Assembly (NCBI GenBank): GCA_000320545.1
Contig: ADNK01002859.1
Location: 1 to 41,741 of the forward strand
Length of the DNA: 41,741 bases
Source of the DNA: Bigelowiella natans CCMP2755
Lineage: Eukaryota; Protista; Cercozoa
Direction of reading: 5' to 3'
A model generated the notes under the pieces. It saw nothing but the letters and a program-made list of their open reading frames with translations. It was not told the DNA's origin and did no database searches. Shown piece by piece: positions 39,176-41,741 of the stretch. A program made the position numbers and the translations under genes. Position 1 is the first letter of the stretch; every line of letters starts with the position of its first letter.

Positions 39176-40835
39176 GTTTGTTTTTTTGTGTGCTCGTGAT
39201 ATTAACTTTCCATATTTTTTTTGCCTGCATACTTTTATTATAAATTATATATCCCAAAGGGATGTTTGTTAATTTTTAACTTTATTTGTACAACGAAAGG
39301 ATGGAAATGGCCAGTTGTGTCAGCAGTATTACAGAAGGTAAATTAATTTGAAATTTTTTTATTAATTTTATGAATTCAATTAGAGTTAGCTCTTGTAGGT
39401 TGAAGTTTATGATGCTTAATATCTAATTAAATTCACATAGGATAACAATATTAAAGAAAATATAGACTAATTTTATTAAATATTGGTAACGTAAATTATA
39501 CAATTAATGTTTTTGTTTTATATTTTTATTTAGCTTGGGACACTTATTTAAGGAAGTTGCTCATCTACAAGAGAATTCAACAATATTCTGGAATATATAC
39601 ATCGAGTAATAGTGACTCAATGCAACGCTAAATATAATTCTATCATGAGATAGTACAACTTGATAATTATACGTCACATGTCTTTAATTTTTGATTCCTG
39701 AAATTTAGCTAGAATCTATATAGCTTATCTTCCAGAACATAATTATTTCATGTAGGTATCTAGAAGCGAACTACAGAGGCCCTCCTGACACTCAACTTTT
39801 GGAACTGTACGATTAAATTTCTCTTCTCATTGTAGAAATATGATATAAAAACTTTTTTGATAATAAATTTTATGATAAAATTACAATATAGCGCCTTGGA
39901 GAAACGCTATGTATCACTACTGCGAGGTGCCGATTATACTCAAAATATGACGGACTTTTCAGAGACGGTTAGTTCAAACATCACAAAGGGCCAACATAGC
40001 AAATTACTATTTTATATACAATACTTTCTAATTCATTAGAAATTATTTTATCAGTTGCATAGTCTTGCGAAGCTATCAGAATGCTACATAAATTCTGGCG
40101 TCTACGAGTAGGAAACACAAAAAGCGAGAGTTAGATTATGAAATTCAGAGAGTCTTTGCATATTTACCATATGTCTTATGTGTCATGAGTTCTATATAAT
40201 TAACGAATCAAGAGAAATTATAATGAGTTTCATTCATAAAATTTGTTTGAAATCGATGCAAATTTTTTAAAAATACAGAGATCCATTGCATAATGTTTGC
40301 TTTTTTATTATTATTGTAATATTTATGTTAGAAAGCAGTTGAGGACGTTGGAATTGGTATACTACATTTATGTGACATAGTAAGATTAATTACTATATTT
40401 ACCAATTATGATAATATAATCATAACTCAACACAACTTTGGATATAATCAATACAAATGGTTAAATCAATAAAGATGTTCATTTTGTCTTTTTTTTTTTA
40501 TGTACATATTTTCTTTCAACTTATAACGCTGAAGGTGAAAGATTTCGAAGAGAGTACGATTGATAAGTTCGGAAACACCGAGATTTATGAAGGGTAGTTA
40601 TTTATAGATTACCTCAATGTTATTCTAGCATACATCAGGTTCATCAATTCATATCATAAATGGTTAAAAAATAAATATTATCACCTTTTTACAATAAGAT
40701 TGTAATTAAATATGCAACTATATCTGTTAACGTAATATTTTAGTGAATTTCATCATTTTTTTTCCATCCATCAGGGTCATGATGTTGCAAGATCGATTAA
40801 GGAAGTTACATTTGGTTACTAGTGATTCAGAATAG
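28231..40835 (+). CDS. TTC27: TTC27/EMW1-like tetratricopeptide repeat protein with N-terminal hydrophobic leader, multi-exon
   Basis: SLTGILGNRTKYQ (33217-33260), NDWFLHAYALYRK, PLKWHLSRKYAE, NPTPMLYSMLG|DATGNVSYYEHAFRISNGTYAR, TPR repeats (RCIAMEPEHLKAYTNLGVL, PRMWENLILVS). Stop TAG at 40833-40835. Start inferred. Confidence 0.82.
29510..29645. repeat. Intronic duplication x2 with embedded (CTA)n
   Basis: CTGTGTTGTTGAAGATGTTGCAATGGGAAAAGTTT(CTA)n occurs twice. Confidence 0.85.
29834..29992 (+). repeat. Four degenerate tandem copies of a 3' splice site plus exon start
   Basis: ATCATCAGAT(..)ACTGCT occurs four times. The last copy is the in-frame acceptor (exon starts at 29981). Confidence 0.85.
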
Positions 40836-41239
40836 TTTCCATTAGTATTGCATTAGTAGGGCATACAAGAAATATTACATAATAGCTTGTGGGGATACGT
40901 GCATTGAACTCGTTTAGTTTACAGCATTCTATTCACGAAAGTGAATAATTTATGGGGAAAGGCTAGAGTAGTATTTCATTATTTCTATAGAATAGAATCA
41001 GCACTATTCCGATACCTAAAACTGCAAGACGATTCATAAATTTCTTATGCGATATTATATATCGTGTGGCAAATTTGTTAATGGTTGAAGCCATATTGGA
41101 GTGTACTAGTTGACCGCTATTCTAACCCACTGAGAACATTACGTGCATGCTCTCACAATATACTCGATCAGTAGACAATGCATTGCAGTCATGCAACAAG
41201 TACATTTAGATAGATTAGCGATACACAGCTGCTACTAAA

Positions 41240-41741
41240 TTGTGTCATTTTGCCCAATGAAACCTCTCTAGATGCCACATGCAGCCATGTGCGCCGAAAC
41301 CTTCGTGACGTTCTTTGGAATGCAAGCTCATGCGATTTGCACGACTGGCGGTCCCATGCCATGTAGCATGTCATTGCACCAGGCAGATTGCCACCTACTT
41401 TCGTGATCAAAATGTGGACATTGAGAACAATGTCGCTGGCGGAGCTTTCGCGACGCTGCACGCAATGAGCCACTGGTGCATCACTCACAGCTCCGTCAAA
41501 CCCGATGACGACGGGGTTGTGAACAGTGCATCGCTTTGCGACGCGCTTTCAAGCATCATGCAGTTGCAGTTGGTCAAGAAAAGTCATCAGAACTTGGCCG
41601 ATGGCCAACCCTGAGAAAATGACCGAAGTGTTGACCAAATGTCCATTTTCAAGGTCTCAGAGTTGCCAAAATCCCCACCCGTTGTGTGCGGATGCACGCT
41701 GCGCGTTGTTCCTCTGCACCATTTGATGGCTTTGCGCGTGG
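41240..41741. other. TpA-depleted block downstream of TTC27-like, running off the window
   Basis: I find no TA dinucleotide in 41400-41741. CpG is still common. Confidence 0.85.

Noticed and set aside
591-40835. Alternative genetic code
   Set aside because: TGA, TAA and TAG each terminate genes at expected C-termini, and conserved exons need no readthrough.
41189-41726. Three ORFs of 66-99 aa
   Set aside because: Same stop-codon depletion artefact, with no recognisable protein.

Overview
Left end of a eukaryotic nuclear chromosome. A (CCCTAA)n telomere (1-136) is followed by five intron-rich genes that I reconstructed by hand from GT/GC-AG boundaries: an FDXACB1-like BMT5-methyltransferase/FDX-ACB gene (-), homoaconitase LYS4 (+, about 32 exons), a 5'-truncated glycoside-hydrolase-like gene (+), a GSK3/shaggy kinase (-) and a TTC27/EMW1-like TPR gene (+). 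The genetic code is standard (TAA, TAG and TGA all serve as stops). Very small exons, microsatellite-filled introns, degenerate donors and signal-plus-transit-like leaders suggest a protist with a complex plastid, possibly a chlorarachniophyte (inference only). The strongest unexplained signal is in the spacers downstream of genes. Three of them are almost free of TpA (in one block every surviving TA is inside CTAG) and a fourth is packed with CTAG. Proximal telomere repeats (CCCTAA>CCCTGA) and duplicated copies (CA versus TG at aligned sites) point to a directional TA>TG/CA mutational process, a mirror image of fungal RIP. Secondary signals are introns growing by duplication of their own 3' splice site and complementary SSRs at opposite intron ends. 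All counts are manual and approximate.
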